A stretch of 64,000 bases of DNA from Spirochaetota bacterium (GTDB lineage: Bacteria; Spirochaetota; UBA4802; UBA5550): the NCBI GenBank assembly GCA_963664815.2, contig CAXXHB010000003.1, positions 1,536,001 through 1,600,000 on the forward strand, read 5' to 3'. The first letter of the stretch is position 1; each line of letters begins with the position of its first letter. Shown one piece after another: positions 48,870 to 59,378 of the stretch. Below the pieces are notes generated by a model. That model worked only from the letters and a program-made list of their open reading frames with translations, did no database searches and was not told where the DNA came from. The translations under genes and the position numbers were made by a program.

Positions 48870-51422
48870 TTGACAGTGAACAGTAAAAAACAAACAATTC
48901 TGCTTGTTGAAGATGAAGCTGTAATAGCCATAGCACAGAAAAAGTCTCTGGAAAAATACGGATATAAGGTTATATCTTCAAATACCGGCGAAAAAGCACT
49001 GGAAATTTTTAAAAGTAATAAAATAATAGATCTTATTCTTATGGATATCGATCTAGGCAGAGGTATTGACGGCACTGATACTGCCAGAGCAATGCTTGAA
49101 TATCGGAATGTTCCCATAATGTTTTTGTCCTCCCATACGGAACCTGAAATAGTAAAGAAGACCGAAAAGATCACCAGTTACGGATATGTTGTAAAAAACT
49201 CAGGTATTACAGTTCTTGATGCCTCGATAAAAATGGCCTTTAAGCTTTTCCATGCAAATACAAAAATTACTGACAGCGAAACCAGGTTCCGCAGCTACTT
49301 TGATCTCCCATTGCATGGCGTAGCAATTACATCACCTGCAAAAGAGTGGATAGAAGTTAATGATACACTCTGTCTGATGCTCGGCTATACAAAAGAGGAA
49401 TTAAAAAACATGGCATGGGTTGACATAACTCATCCTGATGATATCGCAGCTGATATAGAAATGTTTAACCGTATTATGTCAGGGGAGACTGAATACTATT
49501 TTTTAGACAAACGCTTTATCCGGAAAGATGGCAGATTCATATGGACCAGACTTTCTGCAGGATGCGTAAGAAAATCAGACAGAAGCGTAGACTATTTTAT
49601 AGCTATTCTGGAGGATATTACAGATCGTAAAAATATTGAGGAAAATTTAAATCGTAACCTGTATAACCTTAACGAGCGTAATAAAGAACTTAACTGTCTT
49701 TATTCAATCTCTGAGTTAGTCCGCAGACCAGACATATCACTTGAAGAAATACTTAAGGAATCAAGTGTTATTCTTGTGCAATCATATCAATACCCTGAGG
49801 TTACCGCATGCCGGATTATACTTTATAACATTGAAGGTAAAACTGCAAATTTCAGGGAAACCGGGTGGCAGCAGACAAGTGTTATTAAAATTCACAGCAT
49901 AACAGAGGGAAAAATTGAAGTACACTATCTGGAGGAGAGACCGTCAGAATATGATGGACCATTTCTGGCAGGAGAACGTAAACTACTTAACGCCGTTGCC
50001 GAGCTTATAGGTAGGTCCACTGAACGAAAGCAGGGGGAAGAATTATTAAAAAACACGCTGTTGTTTCAGCAGAAATTACTGGAAGCCATTCCTCTTCCCG
50101 TTTTCTATAAAGATGAAGAGTGTAAATTTAAAGGTGGAAATAAAGCCTTTGAAAAATTTCTGGGGCTTCTGCCGGAGAGCTATATTGGAAAGACCGTTAA
50201 TGAGATTTCGCAACCTGCACTTGCAGAAAATTATACCAGGGCGGATATGGATCTGTTGAATAATCCGGGAATTCAGATTTATGAAGAACAGGTAATTGAT
50301 GCTGAAGAGTTCCCGCACAATGTAATTTTCCATAAGGCAACTTTCACAAACAACAAAGATAAAACTGCGGGAATAATCGGAGTGATGTATGACATAACTG
50401 AGAGAAAGATGTTTGAGAAACAACTTGAATTCCAGCAGAATCTGCTTTCTATTATAATGAACAGTAAAACTGATACGATCATCTTCAGCCTTGATAAAAA
50501 CTATTGTTATACTGCTTTTAATGAAAAGCACCGGGAAGAGATGAAACTCGTATGGAATGCCGATATCAGAATCGGGATGAATCTGCCGGATTGTATGAAA
50601 CTTCCCGATTTAAGGGAACTTGCCAGAAAAAGTATGGACAGGGCTTTGAATGGTGAAAGCTTTTCAGAAATACAGCATCAGCCTGAGCTGGATATTTATT
50701 ATGAGTTTAACTGGAGACCGGTAATTCAAAAAAACGAAATTACCGGAATTATCGTTTTCATAGAGAACATTACCAGGCACAGACAGACTGAAGAATTATT
50801 AAAACTTGAAGAGGGGCGTTTAAAACATAATGAGCTTATCCTGAGGGAAGTTCACCATAGATTTAATAATTTTATGAATTCGATTAAAGGACTTCTCCTG
50901 TTACAGGCTGATTTACAGGAAGACAGATCTGTTGCATCAGTATTGGAAAATACAATAACACGTATTGACGGAATGTCTCTTTTATATGATAAACTTTACC
51001 GGCAGGATAATTTTGACGGGAAGTCAGTAACTGAATATATACCGGCACTGGCAGATGAAATTATACTGAATTTTCCCAACAGCAATAATGTCAGAATTTT
51101 AAAAAATATAGGTGATTTTGTTCTAAGTAAAAAGCTGCTGCAGCCTGTCGGCATAATTATCAATGAATTGCTGACAAATATTATGAAACATGCATTTCCC
51201 GGCGGGCGATCCGGTCTGATTAAAATATCTTTGTTGCTGCAGAACAAAAGGGTTACACTTGTTGTGCAGGACAACGGGATTGGAATTCCTGAATCGATAA
51301 ATTTTGAAAACTCCACAGGTTTCGGGATGCAGCTGGTAAGCATGCTTGTCGGACAGATTGACGGACATATCAGGGTTGAGCGTGGGGAAGGTACGAAATT
51401 TGTTCTTGAGTTTGATACATAA
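48870..51422 (+). CDS. Hybrid receiver-PAS histidine kinase (HisKA_2 type)
   Basis: ILLVEDE/LMDIDL receiver, several PAS/PAC segments (DITDRK, DITERK), EVHHR, ELLTNIMKHAF, DNGIG, GFG. Confidence 0.9.
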   Translation: MTVNSKKQTILLVEDEAVIAIAQKKSLEKYGYKVISSNTGEKALEIFKSNKIIDLILMDIDLGRGIDGTDTARAMLEYRNVPIMFLSSHTEPEIVKKTEKITSYGYVVKNSGITVLDASIKMAFKLFHANTKITDSETRFRSYFDLPLHGVAITSPAKEWIEVNDTLCLMLGYTKEELKNMAWVDITHPDDIAADIEMFNRIMSGETEYYFLDKRFIRKDGRFIWTRLSAGCVRKSDRSVDYFIAILEDITDRKNIEENLNRNLYNLNERNKELNCLYSISELVRRPDISLEEILKESSVILVQSYQYPEVTACRIILYNIEGKTANFRETGWQQTSVIKIHSITEGKIEVHYLEERPSEYDGPFLAGERKLLNAVAELIGRSTERKQGEELLKNTLLFQQKLLEAIPLPVFYKDEECKFKGGNKAFEKFLGLLPESYIGKTVNEISQPALAENYTRADMDLLNNPGIQIYEEQVIDAEEFPHNVIFHKATFTNNKDKTAGIIGVMYDITERKMFEKQLEFQQNLLSIIMNSKTDTIIFSLDKNYCYTAFNEKHREEMKLVWNADIRIGMNLPDCMKLPDLRELARKSMDRALNGESFSEIQHQPELDIYYEFNWRPVIQKNEITGIIVFIENITRHRQTEELLKLEEGRLKHNELILREVHHRFNNFMNSIKGLLLLQADLQEDRSVASVLENTITRIDGMSLLYDKLYRQDNFDGKSVTEYIPALADEIILNFPNSNNVRILKNIGDFVLSKKLLQPVGIIINELLTNIMKHAFPGGRSGLIKISLLLQNKRVTLVVQDNGIGIPESINFENSTGFGMQLVSMLVGQIDGHIRVERGEGTKFVLEFDT

Positions 51423-51503
51423 ATAACCATGATACACTTGACATAAATTCAGTCAGATTATTCAGTTATATCAAATAAATTATAATAAATTACAACAGGA
51501 AAT

Positions 51504-52199
51504 ATGGCATCTGAGAAATTACAGAGTTTTCAAAATGAAATTGATATATCTATTGAAAATTCATGCCGTCAATTATACAGAAATAACCGTAATATTTTAA
51601 AAATAAAAAATGAAGAACTTGCAGTTAAGAATTATAAAATCCTGGCCTTTGCTACTTTAAAGCTATGTACAGGAAAAGGATTTCAGGCAATGAGTATTCG
51701 CGATCTGAGCCGTGAAAGCGGATTGAGCCTGGGTGCGCTTTATTATTATTTTTCCGGTAAGGACGAAATCATTAAAATCATACATGAGCACGGGCAGCAC
51801 TTCATTCAGGAATTTTTCCCCAAGAAAATTTCAGATGTTGAAAATCCCCGGGAAAAACTATATAAGGCTATAGAAGCCTATATCATATTAAGTGAGCTGT
51901 CATCTGACATATTTTTATTTTTTTTAATGGAAACAAAAAATCTTCCTGCAGAATTGAAACGTATTCCCACGCAGGTTGAAATCTGGGTTGAAAATCTTTT
52001 TAAGGAAATTCTAAATGACGGGAAAAAAGCAGGTATATTCAGCTTTGATAATATAGATCTTATTTGTGCTGCGATAAAAGCTCTTCTTCATGACTGGTGT
52101 ATCAAACGGGAGATTTATAAACAGAAAAAAATAAATATGGAGAAATACATCAGTTTTGTTATCTCCATGATTGGATCATATATCGAACCCTGCAAATAG
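51504..52199 (+). CDS. TetR/AcrR family transcriptional regulator
   Basis: KGFQAMSIRDLSRESGLSLGALYYYFSGKDE helix-turn-helix. Confidence 0.92.
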   Translation: MASEKLQSFQNEIDISIENSCRQLYRNNRNILKIKNEELAVKNYKILAFATLKLCTGKGFQAMSIRDLSRESGLSLGALYYYFSGKDEIIKIIHEHGQHFIQEFFPKKISDVENPREKLYKAIEAYIILSELSSDIFLFFLMETKNLPAELKRIPTQVEIWVENLFKEILNDGKKAGIFSFDNIDLICAAIKALLHDWCIKREIYKQKKINMEKYISFVISMIGSYIEPCK

Positions 52200-52255
52200 T
52201 TGTACATAATGGATTTATCACTCTGTCCGGTTTGTAAAAAAAAAGACTCTTAATA

Positions 52256-52282
52256 CGGCATGGATTTTTTAAATCCATGCCG
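52256..52282. terminator. Hairpin between convergent tetR and CoA-transferase genes
   Basis: Perfect 12-bp inverted repeat CGGCATGGATTT/AAATCCATGCCG. Confidence 0.65.
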
Positions 52283-52310
52283 AAATGGTGAATAAGAACG
52301 ATTTTAAAAG

Positions 52311-54485
52311 TTACACACAATGAGAATTTCTTAATGCAAATGTTACAGTCTTGCACATAAATTTTTCTCTGAGATTTGAAGGTTTATCCAGATCCATTCT
52401 TTTAAGGTATTTATAAGCCGTTACCGGAACTGGTTTCAGTATTTCAGCCGCTAGCCCTCGCGCTAATTTTAACGGTTGATTCTCTTTAATATTTTTCAGC
52501 ATTTTCAGTGACGCACCAAGTGCGATTTCTTCATCAGTCATCTCTGTCCCGAACGGGAAGCTCTGAAACACTCCCTGTGACTGATATGACTTTATGAATG
52601 CCTCTATTTTTCCAGGATTGTTGTTCCTGTATTCCTCCGGTATTTCATAATCAGGCCGCAGTTTGCCCGCTTTTTTTGCCTGATCTGCAAGCGCTTTCTG
52701 GAAACGTGAGTCTGTTATATTTATCATCTCTTCAATTACCTTTCCGTCAGGTTTACCTTTAATATCTGCTATGCCGTATTCGGTAACAACAATATCACGA
52801 AGGTGCCTTGGTATAGAACAGTGTCCATAATTATAAACTATATTGGATTTTAAATTTTTGCCCGAACCTCTTGTACTCCTTATCATCATTATAAGCCTTC
52901 CATCCGGCAGTGCATGTGCCATTGCAACAAAATTATACTGTCCGCCAATACCACTGACTATTCGTCCGTCATCAAGCTGATCTGAAGTTATTGCCCCTAG
53001 TACATTTGCCATCATTCCGGTATTTACAAAACGGCCATCCTTTCTCTGCAGGGCTCTCAGCTTTTCATCGCCGTAAAGCTGGTTAACTTTATCAACTCCT
53101 GACATTCCAAACCGGGCACGTTCCTCCTCCGGCATGGCGTTGAGCGCATCGTAGAAAGCCCTGGGGCCAATAAAAAAAGCGCCGAGAATAACCTGACCGT
53201 TTTTCAGTCTGCAGCCAAGAAGCTTCTTTATAGATACAAGGTTTTCGGGATTATTCAGATCTGCTGAATATGCAGTATCATTGTCATATATAATTCCATC
53301 TTTGCAGGTAAGCCCGTCTTTAAGTATGCCAAAACGGGTAAGCATATCAAAATCTTTAACACGGAGCTTTTTATGAATCCCTTTCTTCTCATGAAGCATT
53401 TCCAGTATATTCTCAGGTATATAGTCAGTTGCCACCTTACCCTCATTTATAAGTTCCATGAGAGCTATATTATCATAAACATGCCGCTTGAGTATCCCCC
53501 GTTTGTACAGCTGCATAAAAGCATCAACAAACATCTCGGATGAACCATAAAGTCCCTGATGGAAGATTCCGGTTCCGCCGATATTGTTAATAAGATTTCC
53601 GTATCGTTTTGTCAGGCCGGCTTTTTCAATGACTTCATTATATAGGTCATTTCTGGTGTGCCGCATATCAAGACCAGCCACTATCGCATCACCAAGCGCT
53701 CCTATCCCCACCTGCAGGGTCCCTCCATCTTTAATAAGCGTGCTAACATTGAGTCCTATCATATGATCTTTAACAGCTACTGGATCCTTGGGGGGAGCAA
53801 ATAGGTCATAATTATACTTTGGACCTTTAAGTACAATATCGTATGAATCGACCGGTAACAGTGCGTCGCCATACATAAAAGGCATATTTTCATTAACTTC
53901 AGCCACATTTGCCACTTTCATCCCTGATAACCTTGCAAAATTTACTAAAGCATTGGCTTCCAGACATATATCGGTGTTGCATCCCATGGAGAGCATCAAT
54001 TGTCCGTTAATCTCCCTGCATCCGACAAGCTGACCAAATACATTGGCACCCATATTGAAGGCATCTGCAGGAACATGTGTATAGTTGGAATTCAGATGGT
54101 TTCGCTGGGCCTCGGGATTATTCATGTATCCGCCGGCTTTTGTATAAAATTCATATATTTCAACATTCTTTGGGAGTTTACCCGCGCGATAATCAAGCAT
54201 ATAATCAAATTGTGGAGATTTACCAAACAGCCTCTCCGCCAGCGGGTTAACAAGCCTTTTTTCAAGATCGCTTTTCCCGGTTGGTCGCTCAAGTGCAAGA
54301 GCAGTTATTATTTTAAGGTTAATTTCCGGGTCATCTTTAGCACGTCTGTAGAGCTCATTTATAAACATTACAGGTTTACCTAGGGCAAGTGTCATACAAA
54401 AAATAATTTTTTTACCTACATGTTCAATAACCCTGTCCACAGTTTTTGTTACATCATCAGTTATAATACCCCTCACTCCATCCAT
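52311..54485 (-). CDS. Long acetyl-CoA hydrolase/transferase family protein
   Basis: LALGKP, NYTH, DGGTLQVGIG, SEMF, SGIGGQYNFV, RDIVVTEYGIAD. Confidence 0.88.
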   Translation of the reverse strand: MDGVRGIITDDVTKTVDRVIEHVGKKIIFCMTLALGKPVMFINELYRRAKDDPEINLKIITALALERPTGKSDLEKRLVNPLAERLFGKSPQFDYMLDYRAGKLPKNVEIYEFYTKAGGYMNNPEAQRNHLNSNYTHVPADAFNMGANVFGQLVGCREINGQLMLSMGCNTDICLEANALVNFARLSGMKVANVAEVNENMPFMYGDALLPVDSYDIVLKGPKYNYDLFAPPKDPVAVKDHMIGLNVSTLIKDGGTLQVGIGALGDAIVAGLDMRHTRNDLYNEVIEKAGLTKRYGNLINNIGGTGIFHQGLYGSSEMFVDAFMQLYKRGILKRHVYDNIALMELINEGKVATDYIPENILEMLHEKKGIHKKLRVKDFDMLTRFGILKDGLTCKDGIIYDNDTAYSADLNNPENLVSIKKLLGCRLKNGQVILGAFFIGPRAFYDALNAMPEEERARFGMSGVDKVNQLYGDEKLRALQRKDGRFVNTGMMANVLGAITSDQLDDGRIVSGIGGQYNFVAMAHALPDGRLIMMIRSTRGSGKNLKSNIVYNYGHCSIPRHLRDIVVTEYGIADIKGKPDGKVIEEMINITDSRFQKALADQAKKAGKLRPDYEIPEEYRNNNPGKIEAFIKSYQSQGVFQSFPFGTEMTDEEIALGASLKMLKNIKENQPLKLARGLAAEILKPVPVTAYKYLKRMDLDKPSNLREKFMCKTVTFALRNSHCV

Positions 54486-54706
54486 ATGATAACCACCTCA
54501 ACACTATTGATATTTTATGAAAGATAAACGGTTTGGATTCCTTTTAAATCTTAAACCTGTTTACCTTAAAAATTTTCTATATTGGAACTGATGAAATTAT
54601 ATGTCAATTACAAATAAAACGAACGTTCGAAATATTTATATTATTGCAATTTATCTCATAAACAGCTATATTGTTATAAATATAATTAAAAAAAGGGGGA
54701 TTTATT

Positions 54707-55165
54707 ATGAACAGATTCAGCATATCAGCTTTAAGAGCAGTAATCATAATGCTTTTATTTGTAAGCTTTTCATACGCGCAAATGGGGATGATGTGGCGCG
54801 GCAGCGGCGGCTGGGGGTATGGGGGAAAATATTGCGGTTTGTATAAGACCGGTAAAACAGAGACTGTAACAGGTGAAATTGTAAGCATTGACAGCTTTAC
54901 CCCTTATAAAGGGATGGGAAATGGAGCACGTGTTACACTTAAGACAGATAAAGAAACTGTATCTGTTCACCTTGGACCGGTATGGTATCTTGAGCAGCAG
55001 GACTTCAAAATTGAAGCAAAAGACAAAATAACAGTAAAGGGTTCGGTAATAACATTTGACGGCAAAAAAACTGTCATGGCTGCCGAGGTTAAGAAGGGTG
55101 ATACAGTATTAAAACTATGGAATGATCAGGGGTATCCTCTCTGGAGCGGCTGCGGCTGGAGATAA
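54707..55165 (+). CDS. Exported OB-fold protein (MamS/MamX-like)
   Basis: Signal peptide, Gly/Met-rich segment, TVTGEI, VHLGPVWYL, ITVKGS, GYPLW. Confidence 0.65.
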   Translation: MNRFSISALRAVIIMLLFVSFSYAQMGMMWRGSGGWGYGGKYCGLYKTGKTETVTGEIVSIDSFTPYKGMGNGARVTLKTDKETVSVHLGPVWYLEQQDFKIEAKDKITVKGSVITFDGKKTVMAAEVKKGDTVLKLWNDQGYPLWSGCGWR

Positions 55166-55439
55166 CGTTTTATTAATCGCAACTGTAAAAAAATTACAGG
55201 TGTTTCAATTAAAAAACGCCTGTAATTGCCGGGATGTTCCGGGATTAATGTTTATGGTAAAGAATAAATCTGCAGAATATCAGAAGAAAATAAAAAAGAT
55301 TATATTTCAGAATTAATTTTTGTATCACTTGCGTTAAATAAAGAGACTGCATATTTGAATAGTTGACATTTTAATACTCTTCGTTTTTAACTACTTATAA
55401 TCAAATAAAGATTAATAAATTATCTCCGGAGGGATTTTT

Positions 55440-55589
55440 ATGAGTATGCCAGGTATAGGTGAATTGATTGTAATATTTATGATAGTTCTTGTTCTTTTCG
55501 GAGCAGGAAAGGTTCCCGTTATAGCAAAGGATATAGGAAAAGGTATACGGGATTTTAAAAAAGCAATGTCAGGCGATGATGAAGATTAA
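55440..55589 (+). CDS. tatA: Twin-arginine translocase TatA (49 aa, absent from the ORF track)
   Basis: MSMPGIGELIVIFMIVLVLFGAGKVPVIAKDIGKGIRDFKKAMSGDDED; GGAGG RBS. Confidence 0.93.
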   Translation: MSMPGIGELIVIFMIVLVLFGAGKVPVIAKDIGKGIRDFKKAMSGDDED

Positions 55590-55621
55590 AAAAAATAACA
55601 GGTAGTTTCAGACAGGAGAAA

Positions 55622-56752
55622 GTGTTCATGGCAGGCAGGGGAGATATATCGCGCTATAAACTGAATCTTAAGGAGGAGCGGAGGGCTGCGTATCTGTACC
55701 GGAAAATGGCCGGCATGGAGACAAAATCTGAATTGGCAAGGCTTTATGTGAAACTTGCTCTGACTGAGGAGAAACATGCGGCTTTCTGGGAGGGTAAGCT
55801 GACTGAGGCCGGAGAAAAGGTTCCGGTTTTCAGGCAGGGATTGAAGACAAGGTTTTTTGAATGGTCGGCCAGGCGATTTGGAACATCAGCAGTTGTTTCT
55901 GTGATAGCAGGGATCGAAAGAGAGGCTGCGTCAGGTTATGACGGGCAGAGTGATGCGGAGGCTGTAAATATGCCTGCTGATGAGCGGAGTCATGCGCGTA
56001 TTCTTGGTACACTGTCAGCAGCTGAACCGGGAAGGAACGGAAAATCTATAGCCAGGATGGAGGGTAAACATAAAACCGGAGGGGGAAACGCCCTGAGGGC
56101 AGGTGTACTGGGGGCAAATGACGGCCTTGTTTCGGTCTTTAATCTTGTTATGGGCGTTGCAGGAGCCGGCGTTAAAAATTCAGAGATATTGCTGACAGGT
56201 ATTGCAGGACTTCTTGCGGGTGCCCTTTCTATGGCGCTTGGCGAATGGCTTTCTGTACAGAGCTCGCGCGAACTGGCACAGCATCAGATTGATATAGAGA
56301 AATCTGAACTGGAAAGTTCACCGGAGGGTGAGGCTGAGGAGCTTTCCCTTATCTACCAGGCAAAGGGGATTGATGAAATTTCGGCGGATAATATGGCAAA
56401 ACAGATTATAGAATCCAAAAGCGGAGCACTGGATACCCTGATACGCGAGGAGCTTGGTATAGACCCTGAGGATCTTGGCGGATCGGCCTGGGAGGCGGCA
56501 TATACATCGTTCCTGCTGTTTTCAATCGGCGCGATAATACCTGTATTTCCATTTATATTCCTTGGAGGAACCACCGGTATAATAGTAAGTGCATCTGCAA
56601 GTGCTGCCGGTCTGTTTATAATAGGAGCGGTAATAACCCTGATGACCGGTAAACACCCGGTAAAGAACGGGTTAAGGCAGGTGCTTTTCGGCCTGACAAC
56701 TGCAGCTGTTACATTCGGAATAGGTAAACTGATCGGTGTTTCTATCAGCTGA
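55622..56752 (+). CDS. Rubrerythrin/ferritin-like domain fused to a VIT1/CCC1 transporter
   Basis: EE..AAYLY, EEKH, DERSH; LRAGVLGANDGL, SMALGEWLSV. Confidence 0.88.
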   Translation: MFMAGRGDISRYKLNLKEERRAAYLYRKMAGMETKSELARLYVKLALTEEKHAAFWEGKLTEAGEKVPVFRQGLKTRFFEWSARRFGTSAVVSVIAGIEREAASGYDGQSDAEAVNMPADERSHARILGTLSAAEPGRNGKSIARMEGKHKTGGGNALRAGVLGANDGLVSVFNLVMGVAGAGVKNSEILLTGIAGLLAGALSMALGEWLSVQSSRELAQHQIDIEKSELESSPEGEAEELSLIYQAKGIDEISADNMAKQIIESKSGALDTLIREELGIDPEDLGGSAWEAAYTSFLLFSIGAIIPVFPFIFLGGTTGIIVSASASAAGLFIIGAVITLMTGKHPVKNGLRQVLFGLTTAAVTFGIGKLIGVSIS

Positions 56753-57021
56753 ATAACATAATATATAAATACACCCATTGGATATGATCACCTTACAAAA
56801 TAACCGGAGAGAGTAATTCCAGGTTACATTCTCAGGTTATTACATAAAAGATTTTTTATTTTAAAAAACATACCTAAGCAGCTCTGCGGCATTTAATCTG
56901 AAAACGGATAAATAAATCTCAAGATAAAGATTAATCTTCTTGAAATCCTCTGAAATTATGAATTAAAAAAGAGTAAAGAGAAAATTCAGTATAGTATTAA
57001 TTCTGCATATGGAGAGTTAAG

Positions 57022-58554
57022 GTGAAAAGAAGATTATTAACGGTTGCCATACTGACAGCATTAGCAGTAGTCTTTATATATGACAACAGAAGAACAGAGG
57101 CTGCAGAGAATGAAAGTGTTATATGGCTGGCAGAGCCTCAGTTTGATAATGTCGGGAATTTTTACGAAGGCCTGGCCAGGGTAAAAAAAGGTTGGGGCTG
57201 GGGTTTTGTAAATAAGGGGGGTAAGGTTGTAATTCAGCCTGTATATGAGAGTATAAATAATTTTTCAGAAGATTTGGCTGTAATTCAGCAAGGTAAAAAG
57301 TGGGGTTTTATCAACAGAGATGGCAAAGTTGTAATAAAACCGCAGTTTGACAATGCCTGGAGCTTTTCTGAAGGTCTGGCAGCAGTACGCACAGGTGAAA
57401 AGTGGGGATTTATCGATAAAGAGGGAAAAGTTGTAACGGAGCCGCAGTTTGACAGAATATCTGATTTTTTCGAAGGTATGGTAAAAGTAAGAACAGGTAA
57501 TGGCAGCGGTTCAAATGATAAATATGGTTATGTGAATAAAGAGGGTAAAGTTGTAATTCAGCCGCAGTATGATGATGCGTGGAAATTTTCTGAAGGTTTG
57601 TCAGCAGTCCGGGCAGATAAGAAATGGGGATTTATTGATAAAGAGGGTAAAGTTGTAATAGATTTTCAGTATGATAAAGCAGCGTCTTTTTCTGAAGGTC
57701 TGGCCGCAGTCAGAAAAGATGGTAAGTGCGGATTTATTGATAAACAAAATAATGTTATAATTAAGTTTGAGTATGACGATGCTTATAAATTTTCCGAAGG
57801 GCTTGCTATAGTTATAAAAGATGGAAGACGTGGATTTATAAATAAAAAGGGAAAAGTAATAGTTAAGCCTCAGTTTGATGCTGCATGGGATTTTTCCGAA
57901 GGTATGGCGAGAATTATAAAAGATCATAAACAGGGTTTTGTAAATAAAGAGGGAAAAGTAATAGTTAAGCCTCAGTTTGATACTGCATGGGATTTTTCTG
58001 AAGGTATGGCGAATTTCAGAAATGGGGAAATAAACACCTTGTATGGCTATGTGAACAAAAATGGCAAAATTGCAGTTAAAGACAGGTATGAAAATGCATG
58101 GGGTTTTTCCGAAGGTCTGGGATCTGTCGGGTTAAATAAAAAACAGGGTTATATAGACAAGACGGGTAAGGTTGTAATAGAAATTCAGTTTGATAATGCA
58201 TTACCCTTTTCTGAAGGTATTGCAGCAGTTGAAAAAAATGGTATGTGGGGTTTTATAAAGAACCCACTTTCTTCAGAGATAAAGACCAAATCGCTGGAAG
58301 AAACGGGTCAGTATATCGGAAAAGTAAAATCGGTTTCAGGTAAAGAGATAATTGTCGGGGGGACAGATATAGCTGAAAATGTTTATATGGGTGATAAACT
58401 CTGCATATATTCCGACGATAATATAATAATCATCCGTTCCACTTTCCCTATGCAGACGATTACCAGGTGTGATGTAATTAAGGGGAGCATTAAAGATATA
58501 CAATCCGGCATGAAGGTTTTTAAATACAGAAAAGAAGCAAAAGAGGGTGACTGA
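57022..58554 (+). CDS. Exported WG-repeat protein with C-terminal 'TFPM' module
   Basis: About 11 repeats of FSEGLA.V..KWGFI.K.GKVVI.PQFD; signal/anchor; GGAG RBS. Confidence 0.88.
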   Translation: MKRRLLTVAILTALAVVFIYDNRRTEAAENESVIWLAEPQFDNVGNFYEGLARVKKGWGWGFVNKGGKVVIQPVYESINNFSEDLAVIQQGKKWGFINRDGKVVIKPQFDNAWSFSEGLAAVRTGEKWGFIDKEGKVVTEPQFDRISDFFEGMVKVRTGNGSGSNDKYGYVNKEGKVVIQPQYDDAWKFSEGLSAVRADKKWGFIDKEGKVVIDFQYDKAASFSEGLAAVRKDGKCGFIDKQNNVIIKFEYDDAYKFSEGLAIVIKDGRRGFINKKGKVIVKPQFDAAWDFSEGMARIIKDHKQGFVNKEGKVIVKPQFDTAWDFSEGMANFRNGEINTLYGYVNKNGKIAVKDRYENAWGFSEGLGSVGLNKKQGYIDKTGKVVIEIQFDNALPFSEGIAAVEKNGMWGFIKNPLSSEIKTKSLEETGQYIGKVKSVSGKEIIVGGTDIAENVYMGDKLCIYSDDNIIIIRSTFPMQTITRCDVIKGSIKDIQSGMKVFKYRKEAKEGD

Positions 58555-58629
58555 AATAAATTCTGCTGATGATTTGAAGAATCATAGAACTGCCGGTGCT
58601 GTATTGAACCTGGTGTAACATAGACAGAA

Positions 58630-58719
58630 CTCCCCCGGCCTGACGGCAAACCCCCTTGTTAAGGGGGTTTTTAGCTCTCCCAGCCTGATGCCCAAACCCC
58701 CTTGGTAAGGGGGTTTTTA
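58630..58719. repeat. Two tandem ~45-bp REP-like palindromic units
   Basis: Each unit has GCCTGA and AAACCCCCTT-g(t/g)t-AAGGGGGTTT. Confidence 0.85.
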
Positions 58720-58832
58720 ATCCATACACTTTTTTAAAAATTTACTTGCCCCATGTCATTTGCTTTTCCGCACTGATTATATAGAGAAATAAATCTTAAT
58801 ATATAACGATAATAAATAAGGAGAGTAAATGT

Positions 58833-59378
58833 ATGGCAAAGGTTAAACTTCATCCCTATTTAAGAACAGCGCATGGAGGTCTGGATGGTCTTGTGTTTTA
58901 CAGGCGCTATGGCAAAATCTATATTAAAGCGCGGACAATCCCGGCTAATCCGCGAACTGAACCGCAGGTGAAGTGCAGGGGTAATTTTGGCGGCGGCGTA
59001 AAGGCATGGCAGGTTCTTCCTGAAGAGGGGAAAGCTCTCTACAGAAACAGGGCAAAGAGAAAGAGAAAGTCAGGGTATAATCTTTTTATGTCGGAATACC
59101 TTCGCGGCATTGCTCCAGGTTCACCTGTAACTCCATCGGGAAGCGGCGGAGCAGGGAATACAGTAGTTGTATCCACATCAGAGGAAGCTACAGAATATAA
59201 CTGTAATTATTCAGAAAGCAGCAGATCAGCAGATGGACAGAGTAATTTTAATGCGGTAAAAGACAGATGTGCATCTGTTAAAGCGGGATTTAAGCAGTAT
59301 GTAAACCCTGTTGAAAACCGTTTCAATACCGTTTCAACTCCGTTATCGACAGAGAAAAACGCACGTTTAAAACTGTAA
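58833..59378 (+). CDS. Small basic protein (DUF6266-like N-terminal domain) with low-complexity tail
   Basis: GGLDGLVFYRRYGK, PANPRTEPQ..R.NF, W..L, SGYNLFMSEYL; AAGGAG RBS. Confidence 0.65.
   Translation: MAKVKLHPYLRTAHGGLDGLVFYRRYGKIYIKARTIPANPRTEPQVKCRGNFGGGVKAWQVLPEEGKALYRNRAKRKRKSGYNLFMSEYLRGIAPGSPVTPSGSGGAGNTVVVSTSEEATEYNCNYSESSRSADGQSNFNAVKDRCASVKAGFKQYVNPVENRFNTVSTPLSTEKNARLKL

Noticed and set aside
54618-54632. CGAACGTTCG as a Gram-positive LexA box
   Set aside because: Lacks the 4-nt spacer of GAAC-N4-GTTC, and the flanking genes are not SOS genes
57022-58260. Regular DNA repeats suggesting a CRISPR array
   Set aside because: They are in-frame 34-40-codon WG protein repeats; no cas genes or unique spacers
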